A program made the translations under genes and the position numbers. From Ginkgo biloba (Eukaryota > Plantae > Ginkgophyta), in contig JANKJI020000004.1 in the NCBI GenBank assembly GCA_024626585.2, positions 60,556,146-60,587,620 of the forward strand: a stretch of DNA of 31,475 nt, written 5' to 3'. This document shows, piece by piece, positions 1 to 9,552 of the stretch. Below the pieces are notes generated by a model. It made no database searches and was not told the origin of the DNA. It was given only the letters and a program-made list of their open reading frames with translations. The stretch's first letter is position 1. Each line of letters begins with the position of its first letter.

Positions 1-961
1 CGGCAGACTTGAAACTCAACGAAAAGATGCAAAATTGGCTCGAAATTTTGTAAATTTTGTGTTGAATAGTTGAAATATGATGCAAAGCGATTAAAAGAAT
101 CGATTTTTCTTCTAAAGGAGCTAAATCTTAAACTTTTGGCCAAAAACAGGGGAAAATGTGGTGTTAAAAGATGTAAATTTAGTGTTACATGACATAAATT
201 GGTGGATTTCGTTGCAAGTATAGTTAAATGTAGTGCAAAACGGTGAAAATTGGTGCAAAATTTATGAAACATAGGTAGAATTGAAAAAAATAGTATAAAC
301 TTTTCTGTAATGTAGGTGGTATTGATGACACCAATGCAATCTGCGAAAATTAAGCTAAAATAGAGAAAGTTGTCGCGGGGAAGGTTTTGCTCAGCTGTGA
401 TATGTTGATGAAGATCTATTTAACTGCCTCGCTGCAAGTTGGCATCGTCGGTGCATAACTGTGTGGGGGACTCAATGCTCTAATTTTTAAGGTATTTCGA
501 CAGAATTCTCAGAGGTGGAGGTAATTTCTGTGATTTATTTGGTTGAATTCGAGGTGGATTTTGTGTAGTATGAGCTTCAATCTAATCCACTGTAAACGCT
601 ATAAGTACCATTTACTTCAATTGAAGAAAACAAGCTCTACTTCAAGCAATTGCGACCTCCAATGAACAAACTTATTCTTTTCACAGTTGCATCAACTTGA
701 TTAAGATTTGATTGACGATAAGCTAACTAAATTATGCATTTGTAGACTTTAGTGAGTGTCCAAGCAACACAAAGATAAAGATCTTATCAAGTGATAAAGT
801 ATGGCACAGAGTAATTGGGAAGAAAATAAGATATAAGTTGAACATTAAGAATATGCGTTTCTGTCTTTTGAGCGCACGAGATCCATTTCTTTTTCTGCAT
901 TTGCTCTTTTGATCCTTCTCCCTTGGACATTAATGATTTTTGTTCCATTTCTTGATTACAG

Positions 962-1059
962 GCTCGATGTGTATATTTATGATTATTTGCTAAAACGAAA
1001 TCTCCATGCATCTGCGAAGGCTTTTATGACCGAGGGAAAAGTCTCCCCGGATCTAATAG
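962..1059 (+). pseudogene. Orphan LisH-domain exon of a LEUNIG/LEUNIG_HOMOLOG (Groucho/Tup1-type co-repressor) gene; gene fragment
   Basis: Bounded by ...ttacag| (AG 960-961) and |gtaggt (GT 1060). Translates (M)LDVYIYDYLLKRNLHASAKAFMTEGKVSPDLI, matching the LUG/LUH N-terminus LDVYIYDYLxKxxLHxxAKxFMTEGKVSPDPV. The preceding WEADKM and following AIDAPGGFLFEWW segments were not found in the window. Confidence 0.85.
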
Positions 1060-1279
1060 GTAGGTATTTATTTTTATTTAATATCCAAGTAGCACAGAAA
1101 TTCAAGCACATGAAATGCAACAGTTGTGAGCTTCGTGTAAAAAAATCCTTAAGCTTTAGGCATTTTACTATAGGAATTTGTTATAGGCATTTCAACAATT
1201 GCTATTCCTCAACCTGTCTGCGATTGCCTTACATTTGTTCTTAATCTCCATTAGCCATTTTGCCAGCTAAAGTTAGAAA

Positions 1280-1845
1280 ATGAAATCTCATCTGGAGCGT
1301 GTCTTCAACTATGACATATTCAGCACTGTCAACGAGCTCACGTAAATTCCTGATGAATTGGAGAAGATTTTAAACCCTCCCACGCGGAATTATGTTCAGG
1401 ACACCAAGGCCATAGCCAGGACAACTGTGGACATCAAGAAAAACTTCAAGGCATATACATTCGTCGCAAATATGCCGGGCCTGAAAGGCTCTGACGTCAA
1501 GGTAAGCATCATACTCCCATTTGCCCTTCGCCAGTTTATTTTTCTTTGAATTTTATTTTTGGCTAATTAGGGTTTTTGTGACTAGTTTTGTAAGTTCAGA
1601 TTGAGGATAATAATGTGCTAACTATCAAGGGTAAACGGAAGCACAAAGCAGTTGAGGTGGACACCAAGTACATTCGTTTGAAAAGGAAACCAGCGAAGTA
1701 TTTGAGAAAAATTGTACTCCCTTCTAAAGCAAATTTAGATAACATTTCAACAATTTGTCAAGACAACATTCTAACTATTACTATTCCCAAATTGCCATCT
1801 CTTGAGCCTGAGAAACCCAAAACAATTGTTATTCTGATGAATTAA
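1280..1845 (+). pseudogene. Cytosolic class II-like small heat shock protein (HSP20/alpha-crystallin) pseudogene, copy 1; exons 1280-1501 and 1594-1845
   Basis: ATG 1280: MKSHLERVFNYDIFSTVNELT*IPDELEKILNPPTRNYVQDTKAIARTTVDIK...ANMPGLKGSDVK|VQIEDNNVLTIKGKRKH...KYIRLKRKPAKYLRKIVLP...CQDNILTITIPKLPSLEPEKPKTIVILMN*. It carries the class II motif resembling PTRxYVRDxKAMAxT. In-frame TAA at 1343-1345; donor GTAAGC at 1502; the expected acceptor AG reads AA (1592-1593). Confidence 0.9.
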
Positions 1846-1982
1846 TTTGTAAAAGAGAATAAATATGCCGGTGATATGTTGTATTAGGAAAGTCAAAAGA
1901 CAAAGATTTTTAGAAAAGCCTTCCATATTTTTATAAAGACAATTTAGAATGGTTATGGAGTGTTTTTCTATAACATAACAAA

Positions 1983-2058
1983 GCTTTAATAAGAAAGTGT
2001 TCCCTGTGACAATTATAGGGCTTTAATAAAAAAATGTTACTCAGTGGCAATTATTTGG
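1983..2058 (+). repeat. Two imperfect ~37-bp tandem units (gctttaataaRaaaRtgtt..c/tgtgRcaattat)
   Basis: Units start at 1983 and 2020. Each contains the left arm of the terminal hairpin. The same pair is present in the inverted copy (~4105-4180). Confidence 0.75.
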
Positions 2059-2959
2059 CACAGGCAACGTACTAATAATTTACCAAAAAAATATAATTTT
2101 TTAAAAAATATATATCACCACACCATCCAAGTTTACCTTAAAAAAAAATTTACAACAAAAATTAAAACAATAGTGATTTTCAAACCATCATTTGATTTTT
2201 TTATGCGTATTAAACATGATATAGTTAGAAAATGACTATTTCCTATACCTCTCACTTTGCAACCCAACATATGAATTTTATACATATTAAAATTAACACA
2301 ATATGCTTAAAACCGTTTCCCTTTCGAACCAACATATGAATTTCATACGTCTTATACGTCGTACATACTCAAACACCCTAACCCTTTCGTCCCTATCGAG
2401 GAATGGAGACATAAACCTCTCGCTTCCCCAAAGAGCTTTCTCTTAATTTTAAATTTCATTTAAGAGCGTGCTTCCTAATAAACACAAACCCGTCAGCAAA
2501 TACCTCCTCCCTCCACGAGCCATCAAAAGCTGTCTGTACTTCTGTTCTCGTGGTGTTATACATTATTGCCATTCCTTTCTTCTCAGAGAAGAATGTTAAG
2601 AAAAAAAAAGCATTTTTGCATTTCCACACCAATTGTAAGATCTAAAACTAAAAATTTACAGTTCCTTCGCTTACTACAGAATCATTAAGAACAGAAGATC
2701 CATTACAGATCACACACATGGTTTCTCTTTAAAATTTAAGATCAAAACAACATAAATATTTTTAGTCATAACACAACCTTCTTTTATCATTGTAATGAAC
2801 CTATAATTTCACGTTGGTACAGAAAATTTATTTATTCATTCATTGAATTATACCATATGCATTCATCTAAATATCCAAATCCTCTAAACCCTCATGCTAT
2901 TACAGTCATGTTAATATCCTAAATCCACATAAAGCCACATGCTATTTCAGTATATGTTT

Positions 2960-3626
2960 CTACTGCACCGCCTTTCCTCCAATCTCTTGCCCTTTCTCTG
3001 ACGAATTCTCAATAATATCTACAATCTTGGCATCCCTTTTCATTTCATCGCTAACCTTGGGCACAGTAACAATCAATACACCGTTTTCCAAATTGGCCTT
3101 AACAGCATCCAAATTCACATTTGCAGGCAACCTGAACTGCCTCCAGAATTTACCAGTAGAACGCTCTACTCTGTGCCATTTGTCAGTTTCTTTCTCTTCT
3201 TCCTTTTATCACTCTCTAATGATCCTCATAACTCTATTCTTCTCTACTTTGATTTTCATCTCCTCTTTGTTCATCCCTGTTTCAAACAATTAACTTACTG
3301 TTAAAACAGATCCGACAAAAACCCTAAAATTTTTTTACAGAAATCCACGATGCAATGGCTTTACCTGGTACATCAATGGTGAAAACATGCGTTTCAGGGG
3401 TTTCCTTCCAGTCGACTCGGGCAAGGGCAACGGCCTCAACATCCTTGGGGACTGAGACGGGGATTTGTTCCAGAACCCTGAAAGGATCCACTAAATCTGA
3501 AGGAATTAAAGAATCCCACAGATTACTGTAACGGCCGGTGAATGGAATCAGAGATTCGCCGGGGGTGAAGAGAGATGCTGTAACTGCGAATAACAACAAA
3601 CCTAGCACCATCTCAGGGTTCATCAT
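2960..3626 (-). pseudogene. ER-targeted small heat shock protein (HSP22/class IV-ER type) pseudogene; exons 3626-3365 and 3276-2960
   Basis: Signal peptide MMNPEMVLGLLLFAVTASLFTPGES, then LIPFTGRYSNLWD...DPFRVLEQIP...[92 protein letters not shown]...AVQ*. 88-nt GT..AG phase-1 intron at 3364-3277. Tandem stops TGA TAA at 3211-3206. Confidence 0.9.
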
Positions 3627-3783
3627 CACTACCTAACGCTCGCTGTAATAATTCTGTCGTTTAGGAACCGTTCTGATGGGGCACTTTACGAATGCTTCTC
3701 CGACTTTCTTCGGACAAATGAATTTTCTGATTGATTGATGTTTTCGCCCAAGTATTTATCATGTATTTTGTAATGACTGTCAA

Positions 3784-3818
3784 GAATCGTCTGGAAATTT
3801 TCTTTTTCTAGAGACTTC
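3784..3818. promoter_or_regulatory. Imperfect heat shock elements upstream of the ER sHSP
   Basis: GAAtcGTCtgGAA (3784-3796) and TTCtaGAGacTTC (3806-3818) fit the alternating nGAAn/nTTCn pattern with one mismatch each, 160-190 bp upstream of the ATG. A TAAATA TATA-like motif lies on the minus strand near 3753-3758. Confidence 0.55.
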
Positions 3819-4087
3819 GTGCTCTGCTTTCAAAAAGATCCTCCTAGAGCTTTCATCATGATCATACACTAAAACATCGTCAACATACTCTATACTTTGG
3901 GAGTCAAAAACTTACATGTGTCTTTCAAACGTGTACAAACATTGTGAAATTTATTAGGTCACCACTTACAATCCCGGAGATAACCGAAACAATACAATTT
4001 TTCTATTCATCCTTTTTGGGATGGAAGTACAATTGTTTGTATTAATCCAATACTTCCTAATTCACAAGTTGTAAGTTTAGTCTAGCA

Positions 4088-4496
4088 CTAGTACGTTTCC
4101 TGTGGCAAATAATTGTCACAGGGAACACTTTTTTATTAAATCCCAATAATTGCCACAAGCAACACTTTCTTATTAAAGCCTTGTTATGTTATAGAAAAAC
4201 ACTGCATAACCATTCTAAATTATCTTTTCAAAAATATGGAAGGCTTTTCTAGAAATCTCTCTGTGTTTTGACTTTCCTAATACAACATATCACTGACATA
4301 TTTATTCTCCTTTACAAATCAATTTATTGGAATAACAATTGTTTTGGGTTTCTCAAGCTCAGGAGATGGCAATTTGGAAATAGTAATAGTCGGAATGTCG
4401 TCTTGACAAATTGTTGAAATGCTATCTAAATTGCTTTTGAAGGGAGTACAAATTTTCTCAAATACTTGGTTGGTTTCCTTTTCAAACGAATGTACT
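4088..4496 (-). mobile_element. Putative gene-capturing Helitron, copy 2 (3' end; truncated by the assembly gap)
   Basis: Reverse complement of 1667-2075 (roughly 90% identical by eye). Hairpin 4099-4122 (CCTGTGGCAA-ataa-TTGTCACAGG), 7-nt spacer, then terminal CTAG (4091-4088) followed by T on the minus strand. Confidence 0.7.
4319..4496 (-). pseudogene. Class II-like sHSP pseudogene, copy 2 (3' part of exon 2)
   Basis: YIRLKRKPTKYLRKFVLPSKA, then a 1-bp deletion relative to copy 1 (GCA ATT TAG), then ...CQDDIPTITISKLPSPELEKPKTIVIPIN* (TGA 4321-4319). The 5' part runs into Ns. Confidence 0.85.
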
Positions 4497-4596
4497 NNNN
4501 NNNNNNNNNNNNNNNNNNNNNNNNNNNNNNNNNNNNNNNNNNNNNNNNNNNNNNNNNNNNNNNNNNNNNNNNNNNNNNNNNNNNNNNNNNNNNNNN

Positions 4597-4845
4597 GATC
4601 AATTCTTCTCTACTCTATGTACAATTTCCTACAATTATATACAATAGGCAGACGGTTATGTAACCGCTGCGGAAGTTACAACAGACTTCTGTCCTTTGTC
4701 GGCGCAGCATCCTTTGTCGGTGGATCCAAGCTTCGTCGGTGAACCTCCGTCGGTGTCGGCGAAGCCGTGACCCATGCTGTCTGTGGGTTCTTGACTGACG
4801 ATGTCGACGGAGCCTTGGCCGACCATGTCGGATGCCCGTCCAACA
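4597..4845 (-). mobile_element. Probable LTR 5' portion (U3 and TATA) of a relatively young LTR retrotransposon
   Basis: The minus strand begins TGTTGGA at 4845 with an abrupt switch to GC/CpG-rich sequence containing repeated CCGAC motifs, then tgtatataattgta and a purine-rich stretch, ending at the gap. No second LTR, PBS or TSD is visible. Confidence 0.5.
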
Positions 4846-5379
4846 ATGGGATATGGAGGAAAGATTTAAATAAAGAGTCACTACTAGAAGAGGTGGTGAA
4901 ACAAATGATTCTAAATAAAATTTGTACATTCATCATCCATGGTGATGAGGAAGATTACAAAGAAAGACTCTAAACTGAACGACAAACTAAGTACATGGGA
5001 TTTAGTTGGAGGAGACAATGAAAGGGAAGGACCATTCATCCTAATGATTAAAAGGATATAACTTAGGTCAAATCCATAGTTCCCAACCATCATATAATCA
5101 TTTAGAAGAGTAGGTGATAGGATAGTGAATGTGCACCTTAGGTTGGGTCTTTAGAGGTCTTTAATATAGTTTACATAAAATGTAAAGAGAGGTACTAAGC
5201 AAAGTAATGTGATGGATTCTTTGAGCTTTGATCATTGTAATCAAGTCCAACTTGATAATCCAAATCCTTATCTCCCTAAGGAGTTGTTAAAAGACAAATT
5301 TGCGGTGCCATGCCACCCCATCATGATAACCCTTATTATGCATTCTCCAAAATTGATAGAGTGTCTTTTTAAATATTAA

Positions 5380-7090
5380 TCCCTATAATATTCTTGATAT
5401 TTTGTCCTCTCAAAATGAATCAAATGATAGAGTCTAAGAGCCTTTCCAAATGAATTCAAGAAATGCTTGATAATTTCCCTAGAATCTAAATTATTGCATA
5501 GGAACATTGAAAAGCTCTTAAACTTTTCTGTATAACCTGTGAACAACCTCACACTCCCATTAAACATGCAAGAGGTCATTTCNNNNNNNNNNATACCATG
5601 TAATTCAAACAAAGAGCTAGGATTCCCTACATATTTTAATGGACGAATGCTTTAGCAACTAGAATCCTCTTATGTACAAGCCTCTGGTGAATTAAATTAT
5701 GCTTACTCTAAGCCTTATTCTACAAGGTCTATAACCATTGAACTAGATGAGGCATTACTTTGAGAGTATTAGTTCCATTAGAGTGCAACAATTACTTCAA
5801 AATTATTTCTTCACACAATTAACTCAATAGAGGGATTTTTCTTTGCTCCATTAAGGCCATATAGGACTCTATTAGAAATATAGCCTTAAGTTTTACTAGA
5901 ATCCATTTTTTTTATTACTCTGGATGATTCTCTAGACTAATCTCCTTCCTTAATTCAATGCTAAGAGAATGCATTTTTCCCATTGCTAATAGAGATACCT
6001 TTGAGAATATGATACTAGTTTTATTTAATCTTTGAGTGGAAATATCTTTTGCTCACCAAAGAACCCCATAATTCTCTTTGATTAGAGATTATATTTTCTT
6101 TTGATTAAAGACTAATGAACCATTTTTGTTTCTTTGGTAACTTATTATTACTACCTAGTCTCTTCTTTTGGTTACTTCATTAAACAATTTGGTATTCCTC
6201 TCTATGTACTTATGTTCTTTGATCTTGGTATAACTTCTATATTTTTTTACTTCATTTTCATTAGACTACTTATTATGTTAGACATTTAAAAGATCGTTCC
6301 CTTTAAGTGGGNNNNNNNNNNNNNNNNNNNNNNNNNNNNNNNNNNNNNNNNNNNNNNNNNNNNNNNNNNNNNNNNNNNNNNNNNNNNNNNNNNNNNNNNN
6401 NNNNNNNNNNNTAGCCTGCAACCCTTTATAGAGAAAACTTTGATGGCCCAGGGAGTTACAGATGCTTCACTTAAAATTTATATTTTTAAACTAAAAAACC
6501 TGATTCCATTTCCCAAACTTTGAAACTGGATTTATGCATTTAGGAAGCTCTTTACTAAGGTTACCTAGAACACAAAATATTGCATAAATCATTCTCGACT
6601 TACTCGGAGTAGTTGGGTCGATGGCGATCCACTGGACCATATCTCTGGCTATTCTCGCCAAAATTTCTTCATGCTAGAAAATGATCAGAAGTCCTAGTAG
6701 CCTCACCCAGATAGGGGTGAGATCCATATTTTGGGAGAGAAGATCAAAATTAGGTGACCACTTCTTTAGGAAAATACCTCTACATCCAAAGAACTAGGGG
6801 CCTCCAAGTAGAATCCTCTTAGCATCATCAACATATCTTAGCTTCACCCAAAATAAGCTTTTGGGAAGAGCCACTATTTCCATTCCCAATTAGGGATTTT
6901 ATTTTTTCTGCACCCACTTACGAATATCATCCAAATATGGCCTGACTCCTAGAAACTTCCCAACAAGAGAAAATTTACTTTTATCAAATATAAGGTCTGT
7001 AAGAGAGTCTGGAACTAGCAATTCTCCATTAACGGGAAGCAAGTTGAAACACCTACAATCTAGCTGATATTTACCATTTAGCACACTCAC
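5380..7090 (-). mobile_element. Degenerate L1-type LINE (ORF1 DUF4283-like region and ORF2 remnants)
   Basis: ORF1-like: FSLVGKFLGVRPYLDDIRKWVQKK...LLGGP*FFGCRGIFLKKWSPNFD...TPIWVRL (6698-6970). ORF2-like: ERNTKLFNEVTKRR (near 6160-6202; cf. GDRNTKFFH) and REIIKHFLNSFGKA (near 5440-5480). Many stops and deletions. Confidence 0.8.
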
Positions 7091-7464
7091 ACATGATAGG
7101 GTACCTGGGTCAAACAGTCACGGGCCCCTGAGGTCCTCACCCAAACCTGACACCTTGTTTGACCCCTCTTCAAGTGTAGGGGAAGGTGAGTCACCATCAA
7201 ACACATAAAACTTACCCTACACATCTCCACTACCACCACCAATGCCTCTACTTTGATCAAATGACATCCCTTGATCCATTCTGGGATCACTTTGAACTCT
7301 TAGATATTTTTTTAATTTAAATCAGTTCATGATATATGATCCATTTTCAGTCTAAGCATGAAAAGATGACATTGAGTTCTATGAGAAGAAAAAACACCTA
7401 TGTATTACACCTTTAGGGATAGTACTAAGTGATCCCTCCTCATAACACATCAACTAGCACCAAA

Positions 7465-9552
7465 TATTATAAGATTTGATGTTTCCCCTAAAATGTATTC
7501 ATTGTATGTATGTGTATTTTAGTTAGATGGTTATTCTAGAGAAAATAAATCATCACGAAAGATATGGCACAAGTCTTTAGGCATGTCATAATCTTCTAGG
7601 TCTAACACTACTAGATGTAACCCTTTATATATTTGAGTTTAGTGGACTAAAAAAATGGGTGATGTGTTATTACATCCCACATTCCTCCTTACTCTTTGTA
7701 TGTTTTATTACAATGATAACTTGGAGAGTCTATTAAATATTTTCCATTATGTGTGAATGAGATCATTAATATTTTGTAGATTTTTCCATTCATTGTATGA
7801 ATGAGATTGTGTGAGAGTTTGTCAATTTTGTAAAAATATTTTTTTGTGTGAAGTTTTCAAACAAAATAAGTCTATGATCTAGGGAAAACTAAATCCTATA
7901 AGTTATTCATTAGGGAAGAAATTATTAATATGGTATTAGAGTTCTGAGGTTGTGATACTTGTGTATGCATTAAAATATATATAGGTTATGAGAAGTCATT
8001 GCCCAAGAATCAAAGTCTTTGTGACTTTATGAGTTTGTATGTGCAATTGTGGAGTTTTCATCTATAAAGAGAGGTAACAAAAGTGATTTCCATAGAAGAA
8101 ATTCCTAACAAAGAAGAAATGTAAAGGAGGAAGAGGTTTGGTATCCTACTGGAAGGTCATGTNNNNNNNNNNNNNNNNNNNNNNNNNNNNNNNNNNNNNN
8201 NNNNNNNNNNNNNNNNNNNNNNNNNNNNNNNNNNNNNNNNNNNNNNNNNNNNNNNNNNNNNNAAAGGAGGAAGAGGTTTGGTATCCTACTGGCAGGTCAT
8301 GTTGTATAGTGAAATGGAAATATCTAATAGAGAGCATAAGTAGAGAAATTCCCATTATCTATTGGCCATTAGTCAATGAGAAATTCCTCAATACCAAGTA
8401 TTTATTTTATCACCTCAGCATTACATTATAGATCCACTAGGGACAGGGAGGAATTATCCCTATAAGATATAAAATAATAATGAAACTAAGTTTTAGTTTG
8501 AATAAAGGTGTTATTTTTTATATTTTATGTCGATAGTGTTTCTCATAAAACAATAAAGATTGTTGGAACTTGCTAGTGTTCTCATAAATTCTATAGTGCT
8601 AAGATAGTTGTATGCTTCTTGAAAAATATCTCTGATGGCTACAAATTATAGTTTTAATTGTAATATATAAAGGTGAATCACTATGGATATGCCCAATAAG
8701 GCTATGTGTAAGAAGAAATAATGGGCAAAGAAAAAATGTTTAATGAAGAAGGGAAACAACAAGAAGAAGAATGTAGTAGTTAAGGGTACTACTAATTCAA
8801 AACCTAGGAAATAAAAAAGGAAGCATAAATTGTTAGAAGGGAATTTATATCTTAAGGTGAAGAGGAAACAAAAGGAAAAGTTTAATGTAGAAGAGGTATT
8901 CTATTTGGGGATAGAGACAAAGAAATTAAAGAGAAATGAAGATGATGAAGATCCTAATTATGACCTAATAAAGAGAAGAAAGAAAAAGGAGAAATTTAAA
9001 GAGAGGGGATCCATACTAAAGTAGTTGTAGGATTTGCATCTTGATTTTCCTAATGGTCTTATGAAAATTCTTATAATTGTTAATTTTTCAAAAGTTTTTA
9101 ATGAGGTAGAAGTTGTTATTGACATTCTAAGCTAGGTTGAGTTTTTCTTGTTGGCATTCGAGACTACTCAAGCAAAGAATAAGTATGTGAGGGCCCATAA
9201 TAATCCCATTATAAATAGGTCTAGTGAGGAGAAAAAAAAATACAAATTCATTGATGTTCCATAAGTGTCAAAGAAATGATAAAGGAAGAGTGGTTTGATG
9301 TTCCAAATGTAAAGGGAAACATTAATATATCTATTGCATTAAAAGATGGTATCTTGAGAAATCAAATAAAAAGTTTGAGAAGAAAAGGTTATCCCTTGGT
9401 GTATTAAAGGTAACATGAAGGGAGGGTGTTAGAGTTGATGTTTCCCCTAAAATATATTCATTGTATTTATGTGTATTTTAGGGAGATGGGTATTCTAGGG
9501 AAAATAAATCATCACTAAAGATATGGAATAAGCCTTTAGGCTCTATCTCTTT
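7465..9552 (+). mobile_element. Degenerate Ty1/copia LTR retrotransposon
   Basis: Direct repeats 7477-7581 and 9436-9541 (tgatgtttcccctaaaat...ctttaggc). PBS-like TGGTATTAGAG at 7931. RNase H-end-like KFEKKRLSLGV (about 9371-9403), then PPT gaagggaggg immediately before TGTTAG at 9427. The 3' LTR runs into a gap. Confidence 0.7.

Larger units (their letters stand above)
962..2075 (+). mobile_element. Putative non-autonomous gene-capturing Helitron, copy 1 (3' end at 2075; 5' end not determined)
   Basis: Degenerate subterminal hairpin 2041-2064 (tcagtggcaa-ttat-ttggcacagg), then caacgta, CTAA (2072-2075) and T. Homology to the inverted copy stops exactly here. Including the LUG exon in the element is inference. 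Confidence 0.6.

Noticed and set aside
495-700. Possible HSE, TATAAGTA and short ORF MNKLILFTVAST upstream of the LUG exon
   Set aside because: The GAA/TTC spacing does not give a convincing HSE and the ORF is only 12 codons. Candidate Helitron 5' A|TC ends here could not be distinguished from chance.
909-1244. 111-aa ORF as a complete gene
   Set aside because: Only 962-1059 resembles a known protein; the rest is read-through of intron-like sequence from a TTG start.
2076-2959. A further Helitron terminus that would place the ER sHSP inside a read-through element
   Set aside because: I found no hairpin + CTRR arrangement on the minus strand. The ccacgag/ctcgtgg pair (2513-2553) is too short and too widely spaced.
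3027-3293. Plus-strand 88-aa ORF
   Set aside because: It is the antisense shadow of ER sHSP exon 2.
4615-4973. Several overlapping Arg- or Ser/Thr-rich ORFs
   Set aside because: They are by-products of a GC-rich LTR-like island and show no recognisable domain.
8124-8302. Near-identical 39-bp sequence on both sides of a 100-N gap
   Set aside because: Most likely a contig-end overlap artefact, or an unresolved repeat. It is not evidence for a CRISPR-like array or a TSD.
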